From Candidatus Limnocylindria bacterium (GTDB taxonomy: Bacteria > Chloroflexota > Limnocylindria > P2-11E), in the NCBI GenBank assembly GCA_038200085.1, contig JBBPYG010000104.1, positions 1 to 43,705 on the forward strand: a DNA stretch of 43,705 nt, read 5' to 3'. Below, piece by piece: positions 9,023 through 18,453 of this stretch (positions are counted from its first letter, which is position 1; the number at the start of each line of letters is the position of its first letter). The notes below the pieces were generated by a model. The model worked only from the letters and a program-made list of their open reading frames with translations. It was not told where the DNA came from and did not search any database. The translations under genes were made by a program, and so were the position numbers.

Positions 9023-9183
9023 CGACGGCCCTCGAGGCGCTCCTCGGGCCCGATCGGCTCGCTACCCGCCACGGCGGCGGCTGTCGAGGCGCCGTTCGCC
9101 TCGGCTGGGAAGCGTGAAAGAGGCCCGTCGGCGCCCCTTGCAGGGATGATCCCCGCCTCGGGTCAGCCGGTACGATTCGCGGC

Positions 9184-10194
9184 GTGCCCATTCGCGTCTT
9201 CCTGACGGGCATCACGGGCTTCGCTGGCAGCCACCTCGCCGAGCGTTTTCTCGCCGACGGCCACACGGTCGACGGCCTCGCCCACGAGGCCGCACCGCAC
9301 CGCAATCTCGCCGCCGTCGCTGCCCGCATCCGGATCCATGCTGGTGACCTCGAGGACCGCGCCGCGCTCGACGTCGCGCTCCGGGCCGCGCGGCCGGACG
9401 TCGTGGTCCACCTCGCCGCCCAGGCCGTCCCGACCCACGCCGCCGCTGACCCGCTCGGCACGGTGCGCCTGAACGTCCTCGGGACGGCCGTGCTCCTGGA
9501 CGCGCTCGTCACGCACCCGGATGCGCGCCTCGTCTACGCCTCCAGCGCAGACGTGTACGGGGCGCCGGACTCGATCCCTGTGGCCGAGGAGGTCGCGCCC
9601 CGCCCGCGCAACGTGTACGCGGCCACCAAGGCGGCGGCCGAGGCGCTGGTCCGCGAATTCGGCGACCGTGGCCGGAATCCCACGGTCATCCTCCGCGCCG
9701 CCAACCAGAATGGCCCACGGCAGAGCCCCGAGCTCGCGGCCTCCGGTTTCGCGCGCCAGATAGCGCTCGCCGAAGCGGGGCTCGGGCTGCCGGTGCTGCG
9801 CCACGGCCGGCTCGACGGGCGCCGGGACTTCGTGGACGTGCGCGACATGGCTGCGGCCTATGCCGCGGCCGCGCGGCTATCGCCCGCCGCGACCGAGACT
9901 TACAACGTCGGCACCGGGCGTGCGGTGCCCATCTCCGAAGTGCTCGCCGTCCTCGTCGGTCTCGCGCGCCTGGAGATCCGCACCCTGCTCGATCCCGATC
10001 GCGTGCGGGGCGGCGAGCCGGCCGAGCTGGCTCTCGACGCGAGCCGCTTCCGAGAACGAACGGGTTGGCGGCCGACGATCAGCCTCGAAGAGTCGCTGGC
10101 GGATACGCTCGGATACTGGCGGGCGCAGACCGCCCGGGAAGCGGCCGGATCGCTTCTCGGGAGCGCCGGGCGAGTGGAAAGGGTGGACGGCTGA
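9184..10194 (+). CDS. Extended SDR, GDP-mannose 4,6-dehydratase/Rmd-like NAD-dependent epimerase/dehydratase
   Basis: TGITGFAGSHL, HLAAQA, YAATK, RDFVDVRD. Confidence 0.9.
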   Translation: MPIRVFLTGITGFAGSHLAERFLADGHTVDGLAHEAAPHRNLAAVAARIRIHAGDLEDRAALDVALRAARPDVVVHLAAQAVPTHAAADPLGTVRLNVLGTAVLLDALVTHPDARLVYASSADVYGAPDSIPVAEEVAPRPRNVYAATKAAAEALVREFGDRGRNPTVILRAANQNGPRQSPELAASGFARQIALAEAGLGLPVLRHGRLDGRRDFVDVRDMAAAYAAAARLSPAATETYNVGTGRAVPISEVLAVLVGLARLEIRTLLDPDRVRGGEPAELALDASRFRERTGWRPTISLEESLADTLGYWRAQTAREAAGSLLGSAGRVERVDG

Positions 10195-10197
10195 GGG

Positions 10198-11652
10198 ATG
10201 CCGAAGATCGTGTTCGGGACCGACGGCTGGCGAGCGAGGATCGCCGAGGAGTACACCTTCGACGCGGTCCGCGTATGCGCGAACGCGGTGGGTGAGTGGG
10301 TCGCGCGGCAACCCGACGGTCCGTCGCGCGGCGTCGTCATCGGCTTCGACCGGCGCTTCGCGTCCGAACACTTCGCCGCCGCCGCGGCGGAGGTGGTCGC
10401 GGCGCACGACGTGAACGTGCACCTGGCGTCCGCCGCGGCGCCGACGCAGACGTTCTCGTGGGCGACGATGCGGCGCAACGCGAAGGCGGGGATCGTGATC
10501 ACCGCGAGCCACAACCCCTGGCCCGACAACGGATTCAAGGTGAAGGCCGAGACCGGCACGTCCGCGGCGCCCGAATTCGTGGCCGAGCTCGAGGCGCTGA
10601 TCCATCCGATCGAGAACACGCCCGAAAAGGTCGCGCGCGTCCCTCTCGACGAAGCCAAGCGGCGCGGCCGCGTCGACGTCTTCGATCCGGCGCCGGACTA
10701 CCTCGCGCACGTCGGCGAGCTGTTCGATCTCGAGGCCTTCCGCGGGGCGGGCTACACGGTCGTCTGCGAGCCGATATACGGCTCCGCGTCGGGCTACTTC
10801 CCGCGTCTCATCGGCGGCGGAAAGACGAAGGTCATCGAGCTGCACAGCGAGCGAAATCCCTATTTCGGCGGCGTGAACCCGGAACCGATCCCGCCGAACA
10901 TCGATGAATTCCTCGCCCGCATCCCGATCGAGGGCGCGGACGTCGGGCTCGCGGTCGACGGCGACGCCGACCGCGCGGGTCTCGCCGACGAGCGGGGGAA
11001 GTTCGTGACGACGCTCACGATGTACGCCCTGTTGATGTGGTATCTGCTCGAGGTCCGCAAGCTGCGGCAGCCCGTCGTGAAGACCGTGAACATGACTTCC
11101 ATGGCCGACCGCCTCGGCGAGAAGTACGGCGTGCCCGTGCACGAGGTGCCGGTGGGGTTCAAGTACATCGCCCCGAAGATGCAGGAGACCGGCGCGATGA
11201 TGGGGGGCGAGGAGTCGGGCGGATTCGGTTTCGCGATGCACATGACCGAGCGCGACGGCGTCGTGGCGGATCTCTTCTTCCTCGACTTCATGCTCCGCAC
11301 GAAAAAGCGCCCGTCGCAGCTGATCGCGGAGCTGATGGACATGGTGGGACCCTCGTTCTACCTCCGCCGGGACGTGCGCTTCGATGCCTCCGCCTACCCC
11401 GCGGAGAAGCGGCGGATCATGGCGACCCTGGGTGGGGAGTCGCCGAAGACGCTCGCCGGCCACGCCGTCGCGAAGGTCGTGCAGCTCGACACGAAGGACG
11501 GCACGAAATTCTTCCTCGACGACGGATCGTGGCTCCTGGTCCGGCTCTCCGGCACGGAGCCGCTGGTGCGCGTCTACGCTGAGACGAAGGCCGACGGTGA
11601 GCTCGCGCCGCTCCTCGATGAGGGAACGAAGATCGTGAAAGAGGCAAGTTGA
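10198..11652 (+). CDS. Phosphoglucomutase/phosphomannomutase family protein
   Basis: FGTDGWR, ITASHNP, DGDADR, GGEESGG, RLSGTEPLVRVY. Confidence 0.95.
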   Translation: MPKIVFGTDGWRARIAEEYTFDAVRVCANAVGEWVARQPDGPSRGVVIGFDRRFASEHFAAAAAEVVAAHDVNVHLASAAAPTQTFSWATMRRNAKAGIVITASHNPWPDNGFKVKAETGTSAAPEFVAELEALIHPIENTPEKVARVPLDEAKRRGRVDVFDPAPDYLAHVGELFDLEAFRGAGYTVVCEPIYGSASGYFPRLIGGGKTKVIELHSERNPYFGGVNPEPIPPNIDEFLARIPIEGADVGLAVDGDADRAGLADERGKFVTTLTMYALLMWYLLEVRKLRQPVVKTVNMTSMADRLGEKYGVPVHEVPVGFKYIAPKMQETGAMMGGEESGGFGFAMHMTERDGVVADLFFLDFMLRTKKRPSQLIAELMDMVGPSFYLRRDVRFDASAYPAEKRRIMATLGGESPKTLAGHAVAKVVQLDTKDGTKFFLDDGSWLLVRLSGTEPLVRVYAETKADGELAPLLDEGTKIVKEAS

Positions 11653-12713
11653 TGGACGCGGGACCGATCGCATCGATCGAGAAGATCAAGGCCGCCGATC
11701 CGGGCGGGATGCTCCAGCGGATCAAGGACCTGCCGATGCAGGTCAAGGACGCCTGGCGGATCGCGCAGGGCAGCGAGGTGCCGGCGGAATTCCGCGGGGC
11801 CAGGAACATCACGGTCCTTGGGATGGGCGGCTCGGCCATCGGCGGCGAGTTCGCTGCGGCGCTGCTCGCCGACGAGCTCACAGTGCCGATGAGCGTCCAC
11901 CGGGACTACGGCCTTCCTGCGTACGTCGGGAAGGATTCGCTGGTGATCGCGTCGTCATATTCCGGCAACACCGAGGAGACGCTGTCCGGATTCGAGGAGG
12001 CTCGCGGCCGCGGCGCCCGCGTACTCGCGATCACGACCGGCGGCAAGCTCGCGGCGGCGGCGAAGGCCGCGGGGTTCCCGGTCGTCTCCTTCCAGTACCA
12101 GGCGCAGCCGCGCGCCGCGCTGGGGTACTCCCTCGCGCTGGTCCTGGGCCTGGTCGGCAAGCTCGGCTTCGCCAGCGACCAGACGACGGTCGTCGAGGGC
12201 GCGCTCGGCGACCTCGCCAAGCTCGAAGGCAGACTCGACGAGAACGCCGCGACGAACGAGGCGAAAGCGCTCGCGCTCGAGCTCTCCGGACGGGTCCCCG
12301 TGGCCTTCGGCGCCGGCGTCATGGGCGTGATGGCGCGCCGCGTAAAGGACCAGTGGAACGAGAACGCAAAGAACTGGGCAGCGTTCGACGTCATGAGCGA
12401 GCTGAACCACAACGCGGTCGTTGGCTTCCCGAACCCTCCCGTGGCCAAGGAGGCGCTGACCGTCCTGCTGCTCCGCAGCGCGCGCGACAACGCGCGGCAC
12501 AAGGTGCGCTTCGACGTGACGGCGGAGCTCCTCGACCGGGCCGGGATCGCGCACAAGACTCTCGAGTTCCCGGGCGCCTCGGCGCTCTCCGAGGTCCTCC
12601 AGATGGTGCTGTTCACCGACCACGTCTCCTTCTACATCGCGCTGCTGAACGGCGCGGACCCCTCGCCGGTGAAGTCGATCGACTATCTCAAGGACCGGCT
12701 CGCCAAGGCGTAG
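11652..12713 (+). CDS. Bifunctional phosphoglucose/phosphomannose isomerase (SIS domain)
   Basis: GMGGSAIGG, SYSGNTEET, ENAK, ELNHN. Confidence 0.92.
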   Translation: MDAGPIASIEKIKAADPGGMLQRIKDLPMQVKDAWRIAQGSEVPAEFRGARNITVLGMGGSAIGGEFAAALLADELTVPMSVHRDYGLPAYVGKDSLVIASSYSGNTEETLSGFEEARGRGARVLAITTGGKLAAAAKAAGFPVVSFQYQAQPRAALGYSLALVLGLVGKLGFASDQTTVVEGALGDLAKLEGRLDENAATNEAKALALELSGRVPVAFGAGVMGVMARRVKDQWNENAKNWAAFDVMSELNHNAVVGFPNPPVAKEALTVLLLRSARDNARHKVRFDVTAELLDRAGIAHKTLEFPGASALSEVLQMVLFTDHVSFYIALLNGADPSPVKSIDYLKDRLAKA

Positions 12714-12731
12714 CGACGGAGCGCGCCAACA

Positions 12732-13241
12732 ATGACGGCGTTCGCGTTCTGTCCGCGCGACGGCACGAGGCTCGTGCCGACTCGCATCGACGGCCGCGAC
12801 CGTCCGGCGTGCCCGCGGTGCGGCTTCGCCGATTTCCACCACGTGCAGATCGGCTCGAACGCGATCGTCGAGCGGGACGGCGAGGTGCTGCTGCTGCGGC
12901 TCAACTACGGCCCGCGCAGCGGTCACTGGGCGCTGCCGGGCGGACTCGTCGAGAACGACGAGTCGATCGAGGGCGCGGCCGTCCGCGAGACGCGAGAGGA
13001 GACCGGGTTCGACGTGAGCCTCGACGGCCTCCTTACGACATGGATGCGGCCGGCGTTCGGCATCGTCGTGGTCACGTACCGCTCGCACATCGTCGGCGGC
13101 GAGCTGCACGTGGCGCTGGACGAGGCGTCTGAGGGCTCTTTCTTTCCGAAGGGGTCGCTCCCGCCGCTCGCCGAGATCGCGTGGCCGTCGACTGCCGCCG
13201 GGCTCGACGCGTGGAAGACCTTCGAGCCCGCGCGGCCATGA
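12732..13241 (+). CDS. NUDIX hydrolase with N-terminal zinc ribbon
   Basis: FCPRDG..CPRCG and Nudix box GGLVENDESIEGAAVRETREETG. Confidence 0.92.
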   Translation: MTAFAFCPRDGTRLVPTRIDGRDRPACPRCGFADFHHVQIGSNAIVERDGEVLLLRLNYGPRSGHWALPGGLVENDESIEGAAVRETREETGFDVSLDGLLTTWMRPAFGIVVVTYRSHIVGGELHVALDEASEGSFFPKGSLPPLAEIAWPSTAAGLDAWKTFEPARP

Positions 13242-13618
13242 GCGGCGTCTGGACGTGGGAGCTCTACTACCCGGACGCAGCGGCGACCGGCATCCCCCTG
13301 GCGCGCTGCCGCGTCGACCCCGGCGATGTGCTCTGGTCCCACGCAGCGCCCGAGATCCTCGCGGTCACCGTGCGCGAGGGCGACGACCGCGTTGTCGCGC
13401 GCGGCGAGCGGCTGCGCAGGACCGGGCCGTACCTGCCTATGACGCGCCTCCGCCGGATCGGCGACAAGGTGCAGCGGGAGGACCGCTGGCCCGTCGAGCA
13501 GGACCTGGGGTGCGTGGTCGTCCTTCCAGGCGGGGAGGCGGGCATCCTCAGGGCGTGGTGGAACGCCCCCGACGGCTCATCCTGGCGATGGACCGTCGAG
13601 TTCTCGAACGCCCGGTGA
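13238..13618 (+). CDS. Hypothetical Trp-rich protein
   Basis: ATGA overlap with the NUDIX gene, coding-like codon use and a globular-looking sequence; no family recognised. Confidence 0.75.
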   Translation: MSGVWTWELYYPDAAATGIPLARCRVDPGDVLWSHAAPEILAVTVREGDDRVVARGERLRRTGPYLPMTRLRRIGDKVQREDRWPVEQDLGCVVVLPGGEAGILRAWWNAPDGSSWRWTVEFSNAR

Positions 13619-13688
13619 GGCAGCGGCCCCGCCGTATACTTCGGCCGTTCCAGACGACGGGGCAGCGTCGGAACAGGGGAGGGTCCAC

Positions 13689-13952
13689 ATGCATTCGAGC
13701 CTCATCTCCATGGTCGAGAAGGCGAAGCGGTATTCCACCGAGCCTGAACGGATCCGCTTCGAATCCCTCGAGGTGGGCTTCCGCGGAAACAACGGATCGC
13801 ACACCGTCGGCCTCTCAGGAGATGAATGGCATTGCCAGTGTGACCACTTCCAGTCGCACCGCCTCTGCGCGCACGTCATGACCCTTCAGCGCATGTTCTC
13901 CGCGCACCTTCCCGAGAACCTCCGCTACACGCAGGAGCACGTCCCCGCCTGA
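13689..13952 (+). CDS. Small SWIM-type zinc-finger protein
   Basis: CxC-x8-CxH (CQCDHFQSHRLCAH); RBS GGGAG; upstream TATACT. Confidence 0.85.
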   Translation: MHSSLISMVEKAKRYSTEPERIRFESLEVGFRGNNGSHTVGLSGDEWHCQCDHFQSHRLCAHVMTLQRMFSAHLPENLRYTQEHVPA

Positions 13953-13984
13953 CCCCCGCGGCACTCGCCGATCCCGCGCACAAC

Positions 13985-14118
13985 TGAAGACGCAGTCTCT
14001 GGAGCGAAGCCGGTGAGATTCCGGCAGGGTCCCGCCACCGTGATGGACCAGACGCGTCCGAACTCGGGTCGCCTCCAGTCGCTGCAACGGCCTACACGCC
14101 TTCGCGTGAAAGGGGTGA
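13985..14118 (+). promoter_or_regulatory. Cobalamin riboswitch (compact form) with RBS-sequestering hairpin
   Basis: GAAGCCGGTGAGATTCCGGC T-loop hairpin and CCCGCCACCGTGA; CTGGAG/CTCCAG closing stem (13999-14004/14073-14078); hairpin 14095-14117 covers AAGGGG; lies directly upstream of a BtuF-like gene. Confidence 0.88.
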
Positions 14119-14121
14119 GCC

Positions 14122-15060
14122 ATGCGACTGTTGCGCCGCACGCTCTTCGCCTCCCTCGGTCCCCTCGCCGTCACCCTCCTGCTCTCGTGCGGCGCCCCCA
14201 CGCCGCCCGCCGCCGCGGGTCCGAGCGTCGCCGCTTCGATCGATGCGTTCCCGCGCACCGTCGTGGACTTCCAGGGGCGCGGCGTGACGCTCGACCGCGC
14301 GCCCGAGCGCATCGTGTCGATCGGCCCGTCCAACACCGAGTTCCTCTTCGCGCTGGGCGCGGGGGACCGCGTCGTCGGCGTCGACGACTTCTCCGACGAG
14401 CCGGCGCAGGCGAAGGTCAAGGACAAGGTCGGCGGCGTGAAGGTCAGCCTCGAGACGGTGACGGCGCTTCATCCCGACCTCGTCGTCGCGACACGCTTCA
14501 CTGACGGAACGATCGAGCGCCTCGTCGACGTCGCCCCAGCGGTCATCGTCGTCGATCCGCAGGGCGTCGCGGACGTGGGGCGCACCGCGACGCTCCTGGG
14601 GCGGGCGCTCGGTACCGACGGGAGTGCGCTCGCGGCGCGCATCGACGCGAAGGTCGCGGCCGTGCGGGCGAAGACCGCGGCGGCCGTCAAGCCCCGCGTC
14701 CTCCACGAGGTGGACGCCTCCGATCCGACCCGGCTCTTTACCGTCGGTCCCGGGTCGTTCATCGCGGATCTGATCGAGATCGCCGGCGGGACCAACGTTG
14801 CCGCCCGCACCACGAGTCCATATCCGCAGCTGTCGCTCGAGGAGATCGTCCGTTCCGATCCGCAGGTCATCGTCCTCGGCGATTCCGACTACGGCGTGAC
14901 CGCGGCGCAGGTAGCCGCGCGGCCGGGATGGTCATCGCTCAGCGCGGTGAAGGAGCACCGCGTGTTGGGCATCTCGGGCAGCCTCGTCAGCCGCCCCGGG
15001 CCGCGGCTCGGCGAGGCCGCCGAGGCGTACGCGCGCCTGCTCCATCCGGAGCTGTACTGA
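14122..15060 (+). CDS. btuF: Cobalamin ABC transporter substrate-binding lipoprotein
   Basis: Lipobox LLSC; PERIVSIGPSNTEFLFALG, RPGPRL; riboswitch context. Confidence 0.85.
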   Translation: MRLLRRTLFASLGPLAVTLLLSCGAPTPPAAAGPSVAASIDAFPRTVVDFQGRGVTLDRAPERIVSIGPSNTEFLFALGAGDRVVGVDDFSDEPAQAKVKDKVGGVKVSLETVTALHPDLVVATRFTDGTIERLVDVAPAVIVVDPQGVADVGRTATLLGRALGTDGSALAARIDAKVAAVRAKTAAAVKPRVLHEVDASDPTRLFTVGPGSFIADLIEIAGGTNVAARTTSPYPQLSLEEIVRSDPQVIVLGDSDYGVTAAQVAARPGWSSLSAVKEHRVLGISGSLVSRPGPRLGEAAEAYARLLHPELY

Positions 15061-15166
15061 CCGGGCGCAACACCACCGCCCTCGCCGTCCTGGCGGCCGC
15101 GCGCCTGCTCCATTCGGAGCTGTACTGACCGTGCGCTTCGCCACCGTTCTCGCGGTCCTGGCGGCC
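15031..15166. repeat. 68-bp imperfect tandem duplication spanning the btuF stop and btuC start
   Basis: 15031-15098 versus 15099-15166, 8 mismatches. Confidence 0.92.
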
Positions 15167-16117
15167 GCGCTCGTGGCGAGCCTCGCGGCGGGCGTGCTCG
15201 TGGGGGCCGTCTCGATCGCGCCATCCGACGTGCTCGCGGCGCTCGGTGGTGCCGATGGCCCCTCGGCCACGATCGTGCGCGACCTCCGGCTGCCCCGCGT
15301 CCTCGCCGCCGCCCTCGTCGGCGGCTCGCTCGCGGTCGCGGGCGCGATGCTCCAGGGGCTGCTGCGCAACCCGCTCGCCGATCCATACGTGACCGGGACC
15401 TCGGCGGGCGCCTCGCTCGGTGCGGTCGGCGCCATCGCCCTCGGCGGCGCCGCCGCCGCGCCGATCGTGCCGTTCGTCGCGTTCGCGGGCGCGCTCGCCG
15501 CCGCGGCCGCGGTCTGGCGCATCGCGCGGATCGGCGGGCGCACGACCGTGCTGACGGTGCTTCTCGGCGGGATCGTGCTCACCTCGTTCGCCGGCGCGGC
15601 GATCACGCTGCTCCTGGTCGCGAACGACCGCCTCGCGCTCCGCGCCGGCACCGTGGTCGACCTCCTCGTCGGAGGGATCCGCGTGACCGACCGGACCGAG
15701 CTGGTGCTCGCGGGCGCCGTCGTGGCCGCCGGCGTGGCATCCGCGCTCATGCTCGCCCCGCGGATCGACGCATACGCCTTCGGCGAGGAGACCGCCGCCA
15801 CGCTCGGCGTGGATCCCGCGCGGACGACGACCGCGATCCTCGCGGCGACGGCCCTGCTCGCGGGGGCGGCCGTGGCGCTCGCGGGTCTGGTCGGCTTCGT
15901 CGGACTCGTGGTGCCGCACGCGCTGCGTGGGATCGTCGGCGCCACGCACCGCCGCCTCATCGCCGCGAGCTTCCTCGCAGGCGCCGCCGCGCTCGCCCTC
16001 GCCGACCTCGGCGCGCGCGTCGTTCTCGCCCCGGCCGAGCTCCCCGTCGGCGCGGTCACGGGACTCGTTGGCGGCCCGTTCTTCCTCGCGCTGCTGGTGC
16101 GCTCGGGCGCCCGGTGA
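15131..16117 (+). CDS. btuC: FecCD/BtuC family ABC permease
   Basis: LRLPRVL, QGLLRNPLADP, GEETAATLGV, GFVGLVVPH, GGPFFL. Confidence 0.88.
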   Translation: MRFATVLAVLAAALVASLAAGVLVGAVSIAPSDVLAALGGADGPSATIVRDLRLPRVLAAALVGGSLAVAGAMLQGLLRNPLADPYVTGTSAGASLGAVGAIALGGAAAAPIVPFVAFAGALAAAAAVWRIARIGGRTTVLTVLLGGIVLTSFAGAAITLLLVANDRLALRAGTVVDLLVGGIRVTDRTELVLAGAVVAAGVASALMLAPRIDAYAFGEETAATLGVDPARTTTAILAATALLAGAAVALAGLVGFVGLVVPHALRGIVGATHRRLIAASFLAGAAALALADLGARVVLAPAELPVGAVTGLVGGPFFLALLVRSGAR

Positions 16118-16956
16118 CGCGCTTGGAAGCGCGTGGCCTGCGGGCGGGGTACGGCGACCGACAGGTGCTGCGCGGCGTCGATCTCGCGCTCGATGCACCG
16201 TCCATGACGGCGCTGATCGGGCCTAACGGCGCGGGGAAATCCACGCTGGTGCGCTGCCTCGCGGGGCTGCTCCCACCGTCCGCGGGGTCGGTGCGCCTGG
16301 ATGGGGTGGAGCTCGCGCGGCTCGGACGCCCCGCGATCGCGCGTCGCATCGCGGTGGTGCCGCAGCTATTCGAGACGCTCTTTCCGCTCACGGTCGAGGA
16401 GGTGGTCGGCCTCGGCCGCGTGGCCAGGCTCGGCGCCTTGGGGCGGGCGCGCCCGGAAGACCGGCGCGCCGTGGCCGAGGCGACCCTCGATCTGGGTCTC
16501 GGGCCGCTCGCGGCTCGCCGCATCGATTCGCTGTCGGGAGGCGAGCGGCAGCGGGCGGTGATCGCGATGGCGCTGGCCCAGGAAGGTGACGTATTGCTCC
16601 TCGACGAGCCGACGGTGCACCTCGATCCGGCGCACCAGCGCGCGACACTCGCGCACATCGCCCGTCTCGCCGCTTCCAGGCGTCTCGTCGTCATGGCGGT
16701 GCTGCACGACCTCAATCTCGCCGGAGCGATCTGCGACCGGGTCGTGCTGTTGTCCGATGGCCAGGTCGCATCCGACGGCCCTCCCGCCGATGTCCTGACG
16801 GACCGGACAGTGTCCGCGGCCTTCGGCGACGGGCTGCGCGTCGGCACGAGCGACGGGGTCCCGTATGTCGTCCCGGCCCCGCTGGCCCGCTTCTCGCACT
16901 GGCAGGGCACGGCCGGACCGCGCGGCGCGTTGACCCATCGACGGGACGGCCCGTAG
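16114..16956 (+). CDS. btuD: ABC transporter ATP-binding protein (BtuD/FecE-like)
   Basis: GPNGAGKST, LSGGERQR, LLLDEPT. Confidence 0.88.
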   Translation: MTRLEARGLRAGYGDRQVLRGVDLALDAPSMTALIGPNGAGKSTLVRCLAGLLPPSAGSVRLDGVELARLGRPAIARRIAVVPQLFETLFPLTVEEVVGLGRVARLGALGRARPEDRRAVAEATLDLGLGPLAARRIDSLSGGERQRAVIAMALAQEGDVLLLDEPTVHLDPAHQRATLAHIARLAASRRLVVMAVLHDLNLAGAICDRVVLLSDGQVASDGPPADVLTDRTVSAAFGDGLRVGTSDGVPYVVPAPLARFSHWQGTAGPRGALTHRRDGP

Positions 16957-17007
16957 CATCTCGCGCCGTCGGCGCGCTACGCACGTGCCGCGCGCGAGGG
17001 GGTGGCG

Positions 17008-18375
17008 ATGTCGCGTCTGGCGCTCGTGCTGGCGTTCACCCTTGCCCTGACCGTGCCCCTGGCGGTGCTCGGGGCCGAGCCCACGGCGGCCGATCCTGAC
17101 CTCGATCCTTCGCCGTCCCCGGTCGCCGCGTGTACCCCCAGCGTCTCGGAGGGGTCACCCCCGCCCGCGCGGGTGCCGAGCGGACTGCCCGGGTACCACG
17201 CCGCCTGGTACGGCCAGAGCGGCTTCCCGACCCTCTGCCCGGGCGGGACCGCGACGCTGGCGATCGCCTACTACAACAGCGGCTCGCTGGGCTGGTACCC
17301 GCGCGGGGGCAACCCGCCGCTCCTCGGAACGTGGGACCCCGACCCCGGGCAGGATCGCCCCAGCTACCTCGGCGGCGACGGTACCGGCGGGTCGCCGAAC
17401 ACCGGCTGGCCCACCGCGGGCCGGCCCGCCGCGGTCCAAGGTGACTACGTGGGGCCGGGGCAGGTCGCGTGGTTCCAGTTCTCGGTGAAGGCACCTCCCG
17501 TCGCCGGCGTCTACCGCCTCGCGGTACGTCCGCTGATCGAGGGGGTGCGGTGGCTCGAGGACTACGGCGTGTACTGGTACGTCGTCGTCAAGACCGACGA
17601 CGCGAACGTCCCGCCGCTCCCGCCGCCACCTGCTCCGATCGGCACGGCGCCACCGCCGGTCTCGCGCACCTCCTACCCGAGCCTCGTCGGCGGATACCGC
17701 GCGATCCGCGTGCCGTCGCTGATGTTCCACTACGTATCCTGGCTGCCGCCGGCCGCCGACGCGCTGCGGCGCGACCTCACGGTGAGCCCGGCGGACTTCG
17801 AGGGGATGCTGAAGCTCCTGCGCGAGCAGGGGTACACGACTGTGAAGTCGTCGGAGCTGTGGTGGACGCTCGACCAGGGAGGCCCGCTGCCGGCGAAGCC
17901 GGTCCAGTTGACGTTCGACGACGGCTACGCCGACGCCTGGGCCGTCGTGCTCCCGCTGCTCCGGCAGTACGGCTTCGTCGGCACGTTCTTCGTAACCGTG
18001 AACCTCATCGGCCGGCCCGGGTACATGACGCGCGAGCAGGTGCGCGAGCTCAGCGACGCGGGGATGGACGTGCAGTCCCACGCCATGGACCACGTGAGCA
18101 TGGCGGCGCTCTCCGCCGCGCAGCAGCGCTACCAGATGTGCAGCGCTCGGAGCTTTCTCGGCGCGTGGACGGGCACCGACGTGCGCCACTTCGCCTACCC
18201 GTCCGGGGACTACAACGCCGATTCCTTCGGAGCGCTGGCGGCGTGCGGCTACCTCTCCGCATACAAGAAGGCAGGCGGGTCATTCCAGTCGCAGGGCGCG
18301 ATGTTCCTGCTCCAGCGCGCGCGCGTCCGGGGCCAGCAGGGCGTCGGCGCGGTCCTCCTCGCGCTCCAGGGGTAG
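17008..18375 (+). CDS. Secreted polysaccharide deacetylase (NodB/CE4) with an N-terminal Ig-like domain
   Basis: Signal peptide, Pro-rich linkers, LMFHYV, LTFDDGY, QSHAMDH, FAYPSG. Confidence 0.88.
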   Translation: MSRLALVLAFTLALTVPLAVLGAEPTAADPDLDPSPSPVAACTPSVSEGSPPPARVPSGLPGYHAAWYGQSGFPTLCPGGTATLAIAYYNSGSLGWYPRGGNPPLLGTWDPDPGQDRPSYLGGDGTGGSPNTGWPTAGRPAAVQGDYVGPGQVAWFQFSVKAPPVAGVYRLAVRPLIEGVRWLEDYGVYWYVVVKTDDANVPPLPPPPAPIGTAPPPVSRTSYPSLVGGYRAIRVPSLMFHYVSWLPPAADALRRDLTVSPADFEGMLKLLREQGYTTVKSSELWWTLDQGGPLPAKPVQLTFDDGYADAWAVVLPLLRQYGFVGTFFVTVNLIGRPGYMTREQVRELSDAGMDVQSHAMDHVSMAALSAAQQRYQMCSARSFLGAWTGTDVRHFAYPSGDYNADSFGALAACGYLSAYKKAGGSFQSQGAMFLLQRARVRGQQGVGAVLLALQG

Positions 18376-18453
18376 GTTCGGAGCCGCCGCAGACCGGTCG
18401 GACACGCATCGTGGACGCCCACGATCGCCTGACGTGGTCGCGAGCGGAGGCCG

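Noticed and set aside
9023-9170. Possible structured RNA in the intergenic region
   Set aside because: Only short GC-rich hairpins (e.g. CGAGGCG/CGCCTCG), compatible with chance, and no recognisable motif.
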